A stretch of 64,000 nt of DNA from Laetmonice hystrix. Taxonomy: Eukaryota. The stretch covers positions 10,726,001 to 10,790,000 of the forward strand of contig OZ249437.1 in NCBI GenBank assembly GCA_965235115.1, read 5' to 3'. Below the pieces are notes generated by a model. That model saw only the letters and a list, made by a program, of their open reading frames with translations, did no database searches and was not told the origin of the DNA. Position numbers and translations under genes: made by a program. Positions 36,801 through 51,400 of the stretch are shown here, piece by piece. Within the stretch, counting starts at the first letter, position 1. Each line of letters starts with the position of its first letter.

Positions 36801-39800
36801 ACCCCAAGCCTTTTTTTTTTATTTGGTCATACGGAAAATCTAGCAGAGAGAAGCTATGGTAAATGTCCTTGAATGGCCATCGGCATTATGGCGGTATTGA
36901 TCCTCACTGCAATAAACGACTCCCTTATCTGTTTCTCCATTTTTATATGTACAAGGATTTTTTAAAGATATAAATTACAACTTGGCCTGACTTTACACTT
37001 GAGTAACATGCACAATTTCTGTCGCTGTAGCGAACTTTCTATGTAGAAAACACCTGAAATTGATATTTACAAAATTAGAAGTGCTCTGGTCTGTCACAGG
37101 GGCGTTGAGGAGGAAGTCCTGCAGGTATGGGGCGGTTGGCAAGCGCTCAAGGTCGATTAATTGTGATACTAGTGGTCAGCCTGACTAGAGCACATAGATC
37201 AAGTCTCTTCAGGTTAATATCGACAGCTAGTGTTCAATGAGTGATCTTACTCATGATATGGTATGCACGTTGGAAACACCACAATGGAAGGCGGGGTACT
37301 AAAACATTGACGTCAAGGAAGTCAGTATTCACCAGGTATATTTAGCGTATGTATAATTGCACTTCCCTGATGGTTAACCCTGGCTCGTCTGAGCTTGATG
37401 GACTGCTGAAGCTTGACTCCGTATGCTGGACATACGCCCACAGTGCCAGCCCATGTCAGAGTAATTCAATAGCCACTGCACACCCCCCGACACAATGGAC
37501 AAACCACTGGTTTTATAGGTGTAGTCAGAGAGAGATTAGGATGACGAATGTCTCAGTGTGAATAGCTTCGATTTGTAAAATTAGATGTTTATCTTCCATA
37601 GCGGCACCGTGTTAGTATAGCGGACTGTCAGGGCAAACAGTAGATTAGTCAAACGGAAGTCATATAACACAAGTTCCTGCCAAGCGTGCAATTGCCTCAA
37701 AGTTGACGTTCCGCCATCGACTTGATGACTGACTAAAGAGCGCTGTTGACCGTTGCAAAGATAATTCGGCGGTTAAACGTTTAATTTCCAAAGGAAATGT
37801 GCCGGGAGTATATATATATAGTCTTCCTCCTTAAAAAAGGTCCTCCTTGAATACATTACAGCCTTTGATGGCCTCAGAAAGGGGGTGTTATAAGATAGGT
37901 AAAAGTTCAACCTGTATACAGGAGCTGTATTCTTCTGAGCGAGACCCATTCGCATGAGGAGTTTTATTGTCGGGCGGTCAGTACTTTCATGTTAAATTAG
38001 CCGTGGAGCAGTCAAACACCAAAAAATGATGATTCGCTGTTATACGGGAGTTCGCCGAGGGCTCTGCCCCTCACCCCGCATATATACACCTCACAGTGCC
38101 GGCTGAAGGGAGTTATCACGTCCGCTCCAAGCGTTACAAATTCAATAAGTATAGCTTTAAGCAACGAGTCAAGTATTTGTCATTGTCATTCATGCGCCGT
38201 TTCAACAAAAGGTAATGAGTATAGATGCCTAAGAAACCCGTTGGTGCATGGGTCAATGTTTTTGAAGAATTCATCTCTTTTAATGCTAAAACCGTCGATT
38301 CATGTGCATGAAGAGACAAGGCGCCATCTCGGAAACAAGGCTACATTTGTTATACCATGGAAGGTCAACCAAACGAGGACATCTGTTTCAAAAAAGAGAG
38401 AATGCACAAGTACGTTATCAGTGATGATTAGTCGTTGCCGACTGTGTCAACAGGTGACGACGGTAATCATCGTTTTGAGGGCCCCGGTCATCTCCATGTC
38501 ACGGGTATAATGGGGGCGGGGGCGTGTAGGGGGGAGGGAGGGGTTATAATGGTCAGAAGATGATATTGACGATTAACGTGGGAACCGTGCCGCACGGTGA
38601 CCCGTCCTGACAGGTATATGACCATGCATACCGTGGTTAAGCGAGTGAGATATATGACAGTGACCCTCAACTGACCACTCAATGCCAGGTGTGTGAGCTG
38701 GACACTGTATATCTACTATATGTGTAACCCCCTCCCCCCACTTCACCCTACCCCGTATCCGTGTCTGGAGTCCTCGAACACTGAACTACCACAGTGTATA
38801 AACGTGGAGGGACGACTGAGGTCCTATCGGGTCCGTATATAATTGCCCTCCGACCAGGGGTTGGGTATACCCCTTGAATGAAGATGTCACAGAGGCAGAC
38901 CTTGCCATCCACTATCACGCACCTGGCTGGCGCTCATACCTATGTCTCGAGTAATGTCCACATATAATATAGGGACGCTGACCTTGACATGTCCTGTATT
39001 ACCACTGGTCAACACCGACTATACATAACAGTCCTAAGTATTGTAGGTGACACTGGAATTTTACACAGTGAAGACACCGATTATGCCGTAAGGACTGGGG
39101 TATAATGGCAAAAGTAGGTAGAAAAACATAGGTTTTCTGCCCGACTTGGACAGTAAGGAGCTCGTTTTCAGCGGGGTGATTGGTATCAATTTGGGTTGGA
39201 CCGTGGGCCCCTTGGCGTCATTAAGTCAATCTGTGAACGGGCCTATATGAGGGTGCCTGTCGCCGACCCGGGCCCGCCTGGCTCCCAGATCACATCCCTA
39301 ATGATCGCATACGTATTATTTTGTTCCTTTCCCTTGTCGATTGGTCACGCCTGGTGATTCCCAATAAAGTCTATGTTTTAGGAGCTCGATGTCTCTCGAT
39401 GGCATTTAAAGCGAGCACGTCGGGGGACGGGGTCCATAATGCCATATCGCCTGTCACGAACTTCAGGGGGTAATGGCCACTTTTCGCCGGGTCCCACACG
39501 AGTGTTTGTGGCACTCACTCACACAGATGGCGGGACGTCTACATTGTCCCTGTCAGCCTGCTGCAGCTACCTTGTACCACATCCAAGGTGTTCCTTCGCT
39601 TAGGACACAATTGTATTATAGAATATGTACATGTATGGATCTGACAAAATTAATGTAAAGCCATGTTTTGTACGAGCGTGTGAATTGTGCCATCTGGAGA
39701 TAATTGGTATTTTGTTTGTAGTCATTGTGGATATCAAAAGGTCTCTGGTTTGGTCATAATACACGTATCTTCTTTTACATATTGTACACCAAAGGACAGG

Positions 39801-42800
39801 AAACCACACATAAATAAGGCACACAGGTATACGGCAACATATGTGCACTATATGCTGCTGGATACAATGACTAAATGTATTGTGCTTTGACAAAAGTTTC
39901 TACTTTTTCAAATTTAGAAATTTAGTAATTTAGAAATTTAGTAATTTGTAATGATATGACCATGATATCGTAATATTCTACTATAATATAATATTGTCCC
40001 TGCAATAAGAGATAATACTATAGTTATCTGACTGAATATACGTATGTACACATATCTAATATGCCTAAATATATTATATGCAAATATACACACAATTCAC
40101 ATACATTATACACGCACACTATAGTATATAGGATGGATTACACCACGTTACGTATACATAAAAGGGTTGCTATACCAAAGTTCAAAAGCCCCCTGTTCTA
40201 TAAACTATATAACCACATTCTTAGTCATTTCTTATCATGAATAATTGGCTCATTACACTTGCAGGATTCCACGGAAACCTATGGGACGTAACTGGAACTA
40301 AAAGCTTTCCACAGCCTCGGGTAAAATGGCCATTCGGTCGCAACAAACCAGCGATTAATTGTCGATTCACTTAATTTTCCCGGTGCAGTAGCCACTCAGT
40401 AGGAACATTATACGCCGAGTCAGGATATCTGTGCAAGACTCAAGATTTTCGTGACAAGAAGCAATTACATAAAAGTTGCGAAATTAAATTCACCCCTGAA
40501 CTAATCAAGACAGAGTAGTAGGTTCCATGCGCCATTATTACTTGGGCATGTATGTATGTAAGTAGGTCTACATGTGTGTAGACATACAGATCGCTGCCCT
40601 GTCTGCACATGTGCTTTTCCTTTTTATGTAATTGTGGGTTCTTTCGAATTTATGGACAAGGGGGGAGGGGTAGGGTAAATAAGGTTGTACATGTGTTTGT
40701 AAGATTTTCTTTAGGGTAGATACAAGGTCACATACACATGCAGACACGCATCACGTCATGTGTATACGCACCTATGTATAGGGATTTAGGTATGTGTGCA
40801 TGCATGTATGAAGGCATGTATAGGTACGCACGTATATTGATGAATGGACTAGAGTTTGTAAATATCATTCATATTATATCGTTTACAACATAGCCTCTGG
40901 GTTTACTTGCCAAGCGTATACCGCTAATTATAATCACAGTTAATAAATCTGTACTTCACTTCGATATAGACGTGTAAGATTTGTATACCTTGTAGTGTTT
41001 TGAATCCGCTGGATTTCAGAGTGCCCTGAGTATGTGACGTTCCGAGATCGAGCCATCAAACCACTTTCCAGTGAGGTCTAAGATTATGAATAATCAATCT
41101 CTGACATGACGCCTCCGGTCACAGCCCTCGCCATTACCGGCCTCATGGCGACATCAAGCCTCTGGTCCGTTGATCGCATTAATTTTCAAGAGGTGCTCCT
41201 GAATCGAAGAGAGAAACGCTTTATTATACTTTGAAGCAGTCAAGCCGACCAAAGAACCGCCGCACAAAGACGCAGGAAGACTGAGATTGAAAGCAGCGCA
41301 TGTCGACGACACACGTCACATATTTAAGTAGGATCCATCCAAATACAGCCACCACAATTCCCTTTGTTTCTTACTTCCATCGCACAAGTCCCGTGTGAAA
41401 ATCACAAAAATCGACTTTTCATGTCAAGCACTTTCCCCCCAATGCGGCCAACTTTGAAAACACAAGAGGATAGTTGCTGTAGGGAAAGTAGTAGTGGACT
41501 TCAAAGAGCGCGTCCACACACGCCGCCGGCCACAGCTACGTGAGAGCTGCGGAACGCTGACGTGATGTCACATCCGTGTCAGAAGATCGCGCGGGAAACA
41601 AAGAGTGGGCAGACGACATTGAGCTAAGACAGTGACCGGTGGACGGGCAGGACAGGCGAACTGTTCCCGACCTCACAGTGGGCAGGGCCAGCAGGTTCAG
41701 CCGGCAATGATAGAGAAACGACCAGTTCAATATGGGAGAGAGGATCTAAAGAATGTAGTCATGCAGGAGATGGACCACTCAGGTATTATGCTCGTAACAA
41801 CGACGCAAATTTCATGTTATTATGGACTTTTGATGAACAGTCTTATAAAAGCTTACAATGTTTATAAAGAAAACTTTCGTCATGTTCGAATGATAATATG
41901 ACACATAATTATTATAGTATTCTGTACTGATCATTAAATATATTGTGTCAATGACATCCCCCTTTCCCATAGACCTATTGTTATATCATTGTTGTCCAAA
42001 GTGTATTTATAAAGTGTACAATATGCGCATAAAGATAGGTCCTTCTTATTTCGTATGAATATATAAGTGCATGTTTTCGTTTATTTATGTGCTCATTTGC
42101 AGTGTAGAGTAAAATCACTGCATGTTCGTCAATAAATAGATAATTATACAGAAAGTACATGTATAGAACACGTTATCATCACGTATTGTATATCAGTGAC
42201 CAAAATAGTCGACTGCATATACTGAATTCAACACGCATACTCGCTTTACTAATTAATATACAGAGTCAGTCAATGTTCAGTTCAACTATAGTTTCATAAC
42301 GAATCATTCTATGTCATCATATTCACGTTAATGCAGTTTATTATTATTATTGATAAACATTACGCTACGTTTTGGTGGTACTTTATGCCGAGAGGGACAT
42401 GACTAAAGTTTTAAATCTCCTTTTTTTAATCGTCTGTGTTGGTTCAAAGAAACTAAACGGGGGAAATCTGGTTTGATGACATAAAATCCTGTCTAAATTT
42501 GGAGTTGCCATGTGGTTGACGCCTGCGGCTTATAAATACTTGCGGTGGAGAACAGAGGTGTCCACATGACGAGGAAACCCAGCTTAAATAGTTAGTGTAC
42601 ATGGGGAATTCTTAGTTATATTTATAGATTCATATCCATGTAAATGTAAAAGTCAGGTAACACGACTTTATATCTCCATATAGACTAATGTTTCTTATGT
42701 AGCTTCTATACTATAACTATGGGTGCACGTGTGCATACATGAGACTTTTTGAAAGTAAACTCTATAACTCTATCTCTGCTGTGCATGGGCATCCAGTTTA

Positions 42801-44039
42801 CTTTAAGAAAATAACACCTTAATGGAATCGAGCACCCCCCCCCCCCCCCCCCAATTACTGCCCCGATCCGTATAGCATAAGGTATCAACATCCATGTCAA
42901 CTCGGCCAGGGCCGTGTGTAATGTATGTTTGGACGGCACATGAATGGATGTGTAGGTCCGTCCACGCATATTCGCAAACAGCCAGAAATATATGTAAATT
43001 ATGTGCGTACTGAATATCCCGTTTGTTCCCTTTAAGGGGAAGATAAACTGGCAAACAAAAATTAAAATCTAAATTCTTAAAATACATTTGTATGATACTT
43101 GTAGACAGTCCTATATAGAATGCTGGCACTAATCACTTCATTTGGGGTATTTCCTTGTGAAATCTACAGACAAAATCGGGTATTTCCCATTGAATTGAAA
43201 AGTCGATCGTCTTGAACTCGGTTTGTGTAGTCTTTTGGTCATTAATCACAAGAAAACGATTATATTTATTATTTAGGGAATAAGATGAATATTTTGTCTG
43301 TGATATGTTAGCCAGCCTTCCCTTTAAGTGTGACATGTCATCGTTTCAACCATTACTTTTCCAGAGCATTCAGGTGCATGCATAGATTATACGCATGCAT
43401 ATATTATATCCTATACTTATGGGTATAGTTTTTGATTGAGAAATGTATAGATACATGCCACTGTACACTCCAATGTGTGAAAGATATGTGGGTTGTCTTC
43501 ACTTAACTTTGTATGTTATTGAGAGATAAAAAAACACATACTGCTCTCGGACTTTGAAACTATGTGCGTGATGATTGTCTTGTATTATGTTTGGCAACTT
43601 GTGCAAAAATATTTCTATTTGAACGCCTGATTCTGTATATGGCCGTCCACCGATCGGTGTAAGAGAAAAGATCAATAAGAAGAGAATTACGTTCGAGAAC
43701 GAAAGAAAATGACGAGGTAAAGTACCTCTAAAGGCATTGCGTGTGTTGGGTTATCGGAATCCTATAGCTAAAGCCGCCACGCCTCTGGATATCTGAAAAC
43801 AGGATAAGTGTTGTCCTTTTACATATCATATGTTCGCTTAGAAAAACCAGCTGTCGCTCATTGAGCACAATAGCGGAAGACGATCAGCCAGTTGGCTCCT
43901 ATCTTCCTCAAGGGTACGATAGACAGTACAAGCTTTACGACAGGTGTTCTTGGTGGACTTTAAAAAAGTCTGACCAAAGTATGTGCAGCGCGTTATAGAG
44001 TTGGCTGCGGTGGCCGCGTGGTTGGGCAATGTCCGGCGG

Positions 44040-44715
44040 GTCCCGCTTCTAACTCCAGAGTCGCCACCTTTCATTGGCTATCACCTGGCCGACAATTGTC
44101 GCCCGCTGCCATCAAAACGAGGCTATTATCGCCAATCACGTGTGGCTGTGTGATCTCGCGTGATTCCCGTGGCGATGTGGCCGATTACATGCCCGTGGTT
44201 TCACCGTTAAACGCTGCCCATGGAGAAATCGACTGGCTCGTTGATGAAGATAGAGTCTGTCAGAGCAGCCGACATGACCCACGGGGCACACGGTTTCTCG
44301 TCATTTGATTAACCTTTCATCGACCTTGTGCAGAAAAAGCCGTAAAAGACTCCCAGAGCGTACTCCTGTCTCTGATGGAAACGCCCGGTGGCCTTACAGG
44401 GGGGAAAGCATCTGTTATCTTAGATAATACCTCGGATTTTTAGATAATTGTGTTGTCAGTGGCGGTTATCCCCGTGGCCCTTTGGTTATGGCTTACCTAT
44501 CTTGGTGTGCCCTATAGCAGCACTGCCATGCCCTCCCCCCCGAAGGTCTCCGTAATGACGCCGCTGATTGGTCATTACGCTGTCTGTGATAGCCTGCTCC
44601 TTATCTCGACAAGCGGCGCTGCCCACCGTGAAACTTTTGTACTAAGTTGCTCTGAGACAAACTTATTGCAAAAAGAAGCCAACACTTAGGGAGACATTAA
44701 CCGCTGGCGGTAAGT
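44040..44715 (+). promoter_or_regulatory. Promoter-like CpG-rich patch ending in a strong splice donor
   Basis: ATTGG 44073, CCAAT+CACGTG 44132-44142, ATTGG 44567, GCG|GTAAGT at 44709/44710; no downstream coding exon identified. Confidence 0.25.
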
Positions 44716-45215
44716 ACCATGCTGAGAATTACCGTTGTAACCGAGCGAAAGAAAGGGCTGCAAGGAACGACACGTGGAATAAACAGGATTGTTGGTGACC
44801 TTCACTGGCTGAGGTCAGTAGGTGTACGGCTTATTTTTTCTGTCACTCAAATAAGCGGGAGATGGAACGAAATAAATCAAAGCCATGCGAAGATGAATAT
44901 ACGTGTACTATGTCGGGAGTCCCGTAAATATACTCATTAATTCGGCTCCGTTTATATACGACTATAACGAGTGCAAAGAGTGCCCCGTTAAATCCTCTAT
45001 GCCCATGTAAGTTCGCTTTTCAAAATGGAACTCCAATCTGTCTTTATTACAATTTTCAGGGGCAAAAAGCCACCGCCCGGCGTACATCGCTTAAAGCAAT
45101 CAGAGATTATGTCTCATTTCAATGACTCCAAAATACAGACCTGGGCTGTTAGGTTAGATAAGGCTTTAGACTACATAAATCAATAAATGTTTACGGACAC
45201 AAATGCAGAAATCTG

Positions 45216-45426
45216 ATGAAATTCAACATTTGCATTGCCTGTTGTCGCCATGAAGCGAATGTCTCATGGCTGGCCGTTGACCTGGCATTGACGTGGACAG
45301 CCAATGAAATGCATCGGGCGATGAAACGATGAATTTCATTGGCTGTTCAAGTCCATGCCAGGTCAACAACCAGCCATGAGACGTTCGCTTCATAGCGACA
45401 ACAGGCAGCTGGAATGTTAATTTCAT
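45216..45426. mobile_element. Foldback / MITE-like inverted repeat (~210 bp)
   Basis: Arms 45236-45316 and 45327-45407 match at 73/81 positions around a 10-nt loop; outer ATGAAATT(C)AACATT ends are also inverted. Confidence 0.75.
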
Positions 45427-48400
45427 TATATTTCTTCATTTCGGTGGGTATACATTTATTGATTTATGTAGTCTCAGGCCTTATCTAACCTAACAGTCCA
45501 TGTCTGAATTTTGGAGTCATTGAAATGAGAGATATACTCGGTGATTGCTTTAAGGAGCTCGAATATATCCGAATACATTTGTACAGTATACTAACCTGCA
45601 TCATGACATACGTTATGTACCCTGTAGTTGCTATCATCAGTGCGTTGACGCTTGGAAGTATCCTTTCCGAAATTATCCTTAATTCGTAAATCAAAGTGCA
45701 TTGTATTGATTTATGATATCATGCCACCAAATGTATCAGCAATTCGTAAATTCGGGAGAGAAAATACGCGGCATATCTATTCCGACTGTTGGTCTATAAC
45801 TTTAAATGTACATTGAGTACGGCGCTATATACCAAGGATATAGTACGCACCTCCCGTGAAGGACCTTTAAACTTTCGAAATGACATATCCCACCTATACT
45901 GTTTATATTATACGTATAGGCAAGGTCATGTCTCAGATCGGACCTACCTATAGTTGATATAAGTGTGCACAGAAAGTTGGGGAAGGAAGGGGTGTGTTTA
46001 ATTCCGTCAAATTCAATATCGTTTCTCGGTGGTACACTATAACAGAACCGTCTCCTCTTCAGGCAGGCTGTAGTTGTTGGGTTAGAGTCACTGAACAGGG
46101 GTGATTACTGAGACCGATATTAGTATAACATACCAGGTGGGTGTACAGCTGTACCCTTTCCCACAACCCTACCCCGCCTGTACGAGGGTCAGCCCTAACA
46201 CAGTAGGCACTTGTCCCGCCAAGCCCCTCCAAACTATAGTCCCCGATTACTGTTGGTCACGGTGAAATCACAAAAACTTTCGCATGAAAATAGCTGTAAA
46301 CTTGCAGTGTATCTGTGGAATTACGCATCTATATAACGTGTTACATAAACCAATAAAGATTTCTTTTTTTCAATTCAATATAATTTAAACTTGAAGTTCT
46401 GCACCTTCCAGATTTCCGCACATTGATTGGAAAGAATCGAGTAATTCTGCCTGATGATTGGATTTAAAGACATCTTTCTCACTCCTCCCGAAGGGTGAAC
46501 AGACGGTGGATTCTCTTCCTTCTCCAATGCCCCCCCCCCTTTCAACTAAAGAAACCCCCTCTCCAACCCCCCCCCCCCTACCCATTCTTACTCCACCCTT
46601 CCCTCTTCCAAAGGAAAAAACCGCAGCCGCGATATTCAACGCTTTGCGCGTTATCTTTCTCTCGCTTCCCATTTTTTTGCCCAGTGCCAATCATGGCCCC
46701 CGGTGCTTTCACTGACACCAATATCACCTCATTAGCATCATAAAACTTGTGAAAGATCGCACCATTCGGTCATTTCTCAGGCCATATTTTCTGTATCATT
46801 TCACATATCGAATGCCATGGCTCGAGGAGATACGATTCAAAGAAATGGCTCAATACAGCGATTGGGATGGGCCGAACGGTTTGTAATCCGGTCGCTGATT
46901 GGCGCTTCGGGCACGGTTCCGTTTATTTAATTTTTCATATTCCCAAAGGCGCAGCTCTAAGTCACAACAAATACTGAAGAGTTCTCTAGTTGTTGCAGAA
47001 TTTTCCGACTGGCTTGCCTCTTTAAAATGGTGAAGATTTTAATCGATAGTCTTTCTCTTACAGAGAGAAGAATTGTTGTAAAGAGTTCTAGTCATCCCCT
47101 GGAGATGTGCAAACACGTCGGGCGTCAGGGAATCAACGAATGTCGATATCAAAGTAATTATTTTCTTATTTTAATGGGTCTCATATCCCAAATCAAACAG
47201 ACTCTCCAACTTCAAAGGGCGGCGGTATGTTTTGCATTACACGAACTTTGATCATATTAGAACTGGCAACTTTTGATATCCTTCCACTTGGGACACTTCA
47301 TAAGGTTGATGTTCGACTATAAGGGACAGTCCCGGCGAGCGACGCTTCCTTCTGAGATATTTCAAACAAGAAGATCAGACTGGAGTGTTTACAAAACTCG
47401 ATACTTGACTATGCAACGAATAGGTGCTGCGTGTTTCCTTCAGAGTGGGTTCACTGGGTTCACCTGTCTTCCAGCCATTCCTGATTGCCGTCTCTGTTAC
47501 CCTGATAACCAACGATCGAAAATCTTTCCTTCTTTTTCCTTTCTTATATCTTATACTATACGACGAAACCGAGACAGCGGCAAATGAAATAATGATAATA
47601 ATTTTATCGCACTTATTTTTATGAAATTATTTTTAGAATTTAAATAGGATTTTAAAATTCATTTCAATTTATAAAAGAACATGCAAGTCGTTATTCCGGG
47701 GTTCATAACTCATTACCACACTGGTCGTTTTACCCGCCCATTTTTAGGCCTATCTACAGCCAGCTGATGACTTTCCTTTCACACAAAGACGGATTGAATT
47801 AAGTTTGAGTCGACAGGAAACGTCTGTCACACAAGACAAGTGGATTTTATTATCTTGGTTAAGAAGGTCATTACTAATATTGCCAAAGGACGCATTCTTC
47901 ACTGACACCCCGACCTACGGCTCTGTCATACCAGTCCTCATGGGAAAGATATATTCCATATATACACAGGTGGGGGGTCATCCCTAAACAATAGCTGACT
48001 TTCTGAGGCGCGCCCTCCTGCGCTGTCGCCATTGTCTACAAGAGATAGGCGCATTATCTGATCGCGAGTTAAAACCATGCAGGTAATATTCTGTACTGTG
48101 TAAAGCGTACGCAAGTGTACATATCTGTAGGGCGACAGAGCTCCTCCCAGTTAGCGCACTTGGCCCGGGGGTTACATATATACGAGGGGGTGGGCCAAAT
48201 TAACTGTCTTTCAAAATTGATAAGTCTAGGTTGGGCGTTATAATCCGGCTGTCACTGACCGCAGAGGTGGGGGTCTGCAGGCTGGAGTTTCTCGTTTGAG
48301 TTGTGGTGATGTTTGGGGGATCGTCTCCGTATGATCCCTGCAGGCAGCAGGTCGTCTGGGTTGTGGTTAAAGTGTTTCTGTCAGGGCTGTGAGGTCTCGG

Positions 48401-51400
48401 TGGCATGGGAAGGCGGTCCCAAGGGGGTGGAGGGACGGAGGGAGGACGGTGGATGGGGCAGGTCGGTAGGGCCTGCCGGGGGAACACGGACCGGACACGG
48501 CCATCCCGCCAGGCCGGCCGCATACACTGAGGCAGGTTCGTCCCTCGAGGCGGGTGCTGATCTATCTGTACATTTGACCCGCCCTCCACGCTCATTCGCC
48601 GCCCTATTCTATCATCTCAGCGCTACACAAAAACCGAACATGGGCCTTACGGGTACGAAGGTCGTCCCAAGATCAGGCTGTTTCCGTTTTGGTAATTTAG
48701 TAGCAATTAACTCGGCCTTGGAAACATGGATTGGCCAACTGTAGAAATGTTGGCAAATGCCATTGAGAACAAAAGACAGGGGAGGGAGAAAAAAACTTGG
48801 CTATCGGTACTGCCTTGTGCCCGGCCCATGTTAACCAGAGCCTGCCGGCCCGGAGGGATATGAGTCGATGATGTTTCTAAGATGGGGTTGGAGGAAGAGG
48901 GCACGGTCAGATGGACTTCCCAGCTCATTCTAGATCACTTGTCATCAGCTGGGGTAGGCTTGTCAGCACTAATGCCTCCAGCCTCTACCGGTGGACCTGC
49001 ATCGCTGCCCAAAGACAAAAGGCGCTCAGTGAGATTCGTCCGCGCGGCACCTTACTTATTACATGCCGAGCGAGACGTGACGTCAGCCAAGCGCAGACGA
49101 CATTTTTCGCTTATCTCTACCTTTATCAGTGTATGTGCATTTGTCTATATCTCATAATTCTGACCGCCAGCGGGACGCCTTGTTGTATGTGACCAATAAT
49201 GAGGGAGTTGTCCATGGTTCGTTTCGGAACAATCTTCTTTTTATAGGTTCTCTCCTTTAGGAAACTTCTGGGGGCAAATATCGCGGAAGAATATTTCCTC
49301 TAGTATGATTTAGAACAGTAAACAAAGTTTTTAGTGCCGCTGAAACTTATACTTGCTCTCTCTTTTTCTCTCTTTCTCTGTCTATCTGATGTATGCCTTT
49401 ATGTCTCGTTCTCTCTCTCCTTTTATTTTCCTTTTTCAATTCCGCTTTTTTTATGCCTAAATAAAGAACAGATTTCGACTGAAAATTATATCTTTGCATT
49501 CGGAGTAGGCGTGTGGTTAAGTTGACAGGTACACTTCGCAAATCATTTAGGTGTATCGAGAAGATGATGAACGTCGTTCGGGTTTGGAAGGAATCGACTC
49601 CGTGCTATAGGTAAGTCGGCACCACCTGCCAGTATGTTTAATGTGCACGCGGTATAACGGTGAATGGTGGCGGGGGCGATAGACGGATGGAGCCGGGGCA
49701 ACTCGAGCCTCGGCTCGCCCCCAACCCTGCACCCGTTACCCGCTGTCACCGGCCGATCTACACTTCTTCATTATACCCAGTCCCCAATCTGATCTCTACA
49801 CCGTCAACGACACCCCTGATCGTTCTCTCCCTGACGTCCTAACCACACTATAACGTCATTCACAAAAACACCCGCTAAGTCAAGACATTAATAGCGAGGG
49901 GGGAGAAGATGCCACCTGCAACAATAACGATCGCCCAGAGCGTGACTGCGCCGCTAGGTACGGGCTCTCAACTACGTGTTCCACCCCTCTAAGCAAGAAC
50001 AGGACATGCCACCACCACCACCGCCACCATGCACCACCAGCCTGCGAGGATCCCTACGATAAGGGCCGGCGGTCGGGCCGGTGTCCCTACCACCACCGCC
50101 GCCGAGTGCGGGGGTGTCGGGGCGGGGAGACGGTGTGGTACAGGCCTGTACGCCCGGTCCACCGCTCCAACCCCGGTCTCTGCTGTTCCTGCATGCCTGG
50201 TCCGTCCTATCTGCCCCGTGGATCTGAAGCCAGGTGGCCACAAACACCCCTCTATACCAGGTACATATCAACACAAACGGGTATTTATTAACTCGTATTT
50301 ATATATTATATACACTGGTGTCCCATGTTAGGGCTAGCTGTTTTAAGTCAGTTCCCCGACTTTCTTTGAGAAGACGAGTTCTGATATATAACGTGGGAAA
50401 ATATTGACTTTTCACCTGTGTGTGCATATATATTATGAAGAAGGTGGAATGTGCCGTGGGCGTTTTGCATGCCAAGATAAGGAGTGTCATCGTGAGTGAT
50501 CATCCTCTCTCAGACGATTGGTTATTCCACAATACATGTGTGTTACGGCAACTCAGGAAATGGTGGGACGGTCCGCCAGGCTCAGCGGGATATATGTATA
50601 CAGACACATTATAATATGCGCTGACTCAGGCAACCATTATCACGCAAACCATGCACTATTCCACACATTGTGTGTATATAACGACAGTTTCCTACCCGAT
50701 GTTCTCCCGCACGTATTTGGTCAAAGTGAAAACGGATGGGACATCTCTCTCACTGCGGACCACGGGTTTGCATTTTTACTTACCGTACCTAGATACAGTC
50801 TGATTATCATGTGTTATATGATATAAGACAGGACAACTCCCCATTTTCGATGCCCCATTTCTTCGTGAATATCTGATATATAAAGTCAACTCCGCGTATT
50901 AAAATCCTCAAATATTAACACACTCAAATATTATAACGTTATATATTTTCAGACCCTGTTGAGATCATTATCCTCATTACAAGATATACACTTGCCATCA
51001 CATGTATATCAAGATATATGTTGGGGGTAGTGTCATACCCGCGTGGGGTATGTATAGAGATGTGTAGGCTCGCCTGGTTTGCCACCCGACATCTCTAATT
51101 AAGACCACCCACGATGGGACAGACCTGAGATAATTAAGTCGGACAATTAACCGCCGTGCTCCAACGTGAACCTCATTATAAATCATTTTAACAATAATAG
51201 GGCAATGTATATACTCTGTATCTTATGATGGGTCGAGGAAAGGGGGTACACACCGGGGTACACATATGCCACTGACTTTTCTTGAATTCTTGATATACTA
51301 TACATTATAGGTCACTTATCAAAGTTGTTTTTTTTAAATGAAATAGTTTAGAATTCTATACGTTGTGAAGTATTTTACACAACGATGTTTCTATAGGTAT

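Noticed and set aside
45618-45627. TACCCTGTAG, identical to the 5' 10 nt of miR-10/miR-993
   Set aside because: Diverges immediately afterwards and no precursor hairpin was seen
46207-46218. GCACTTGTCCCG, a 12-nt match to miR-92
   Set aside because: The 5' seed bases differ and no hairpin was seen
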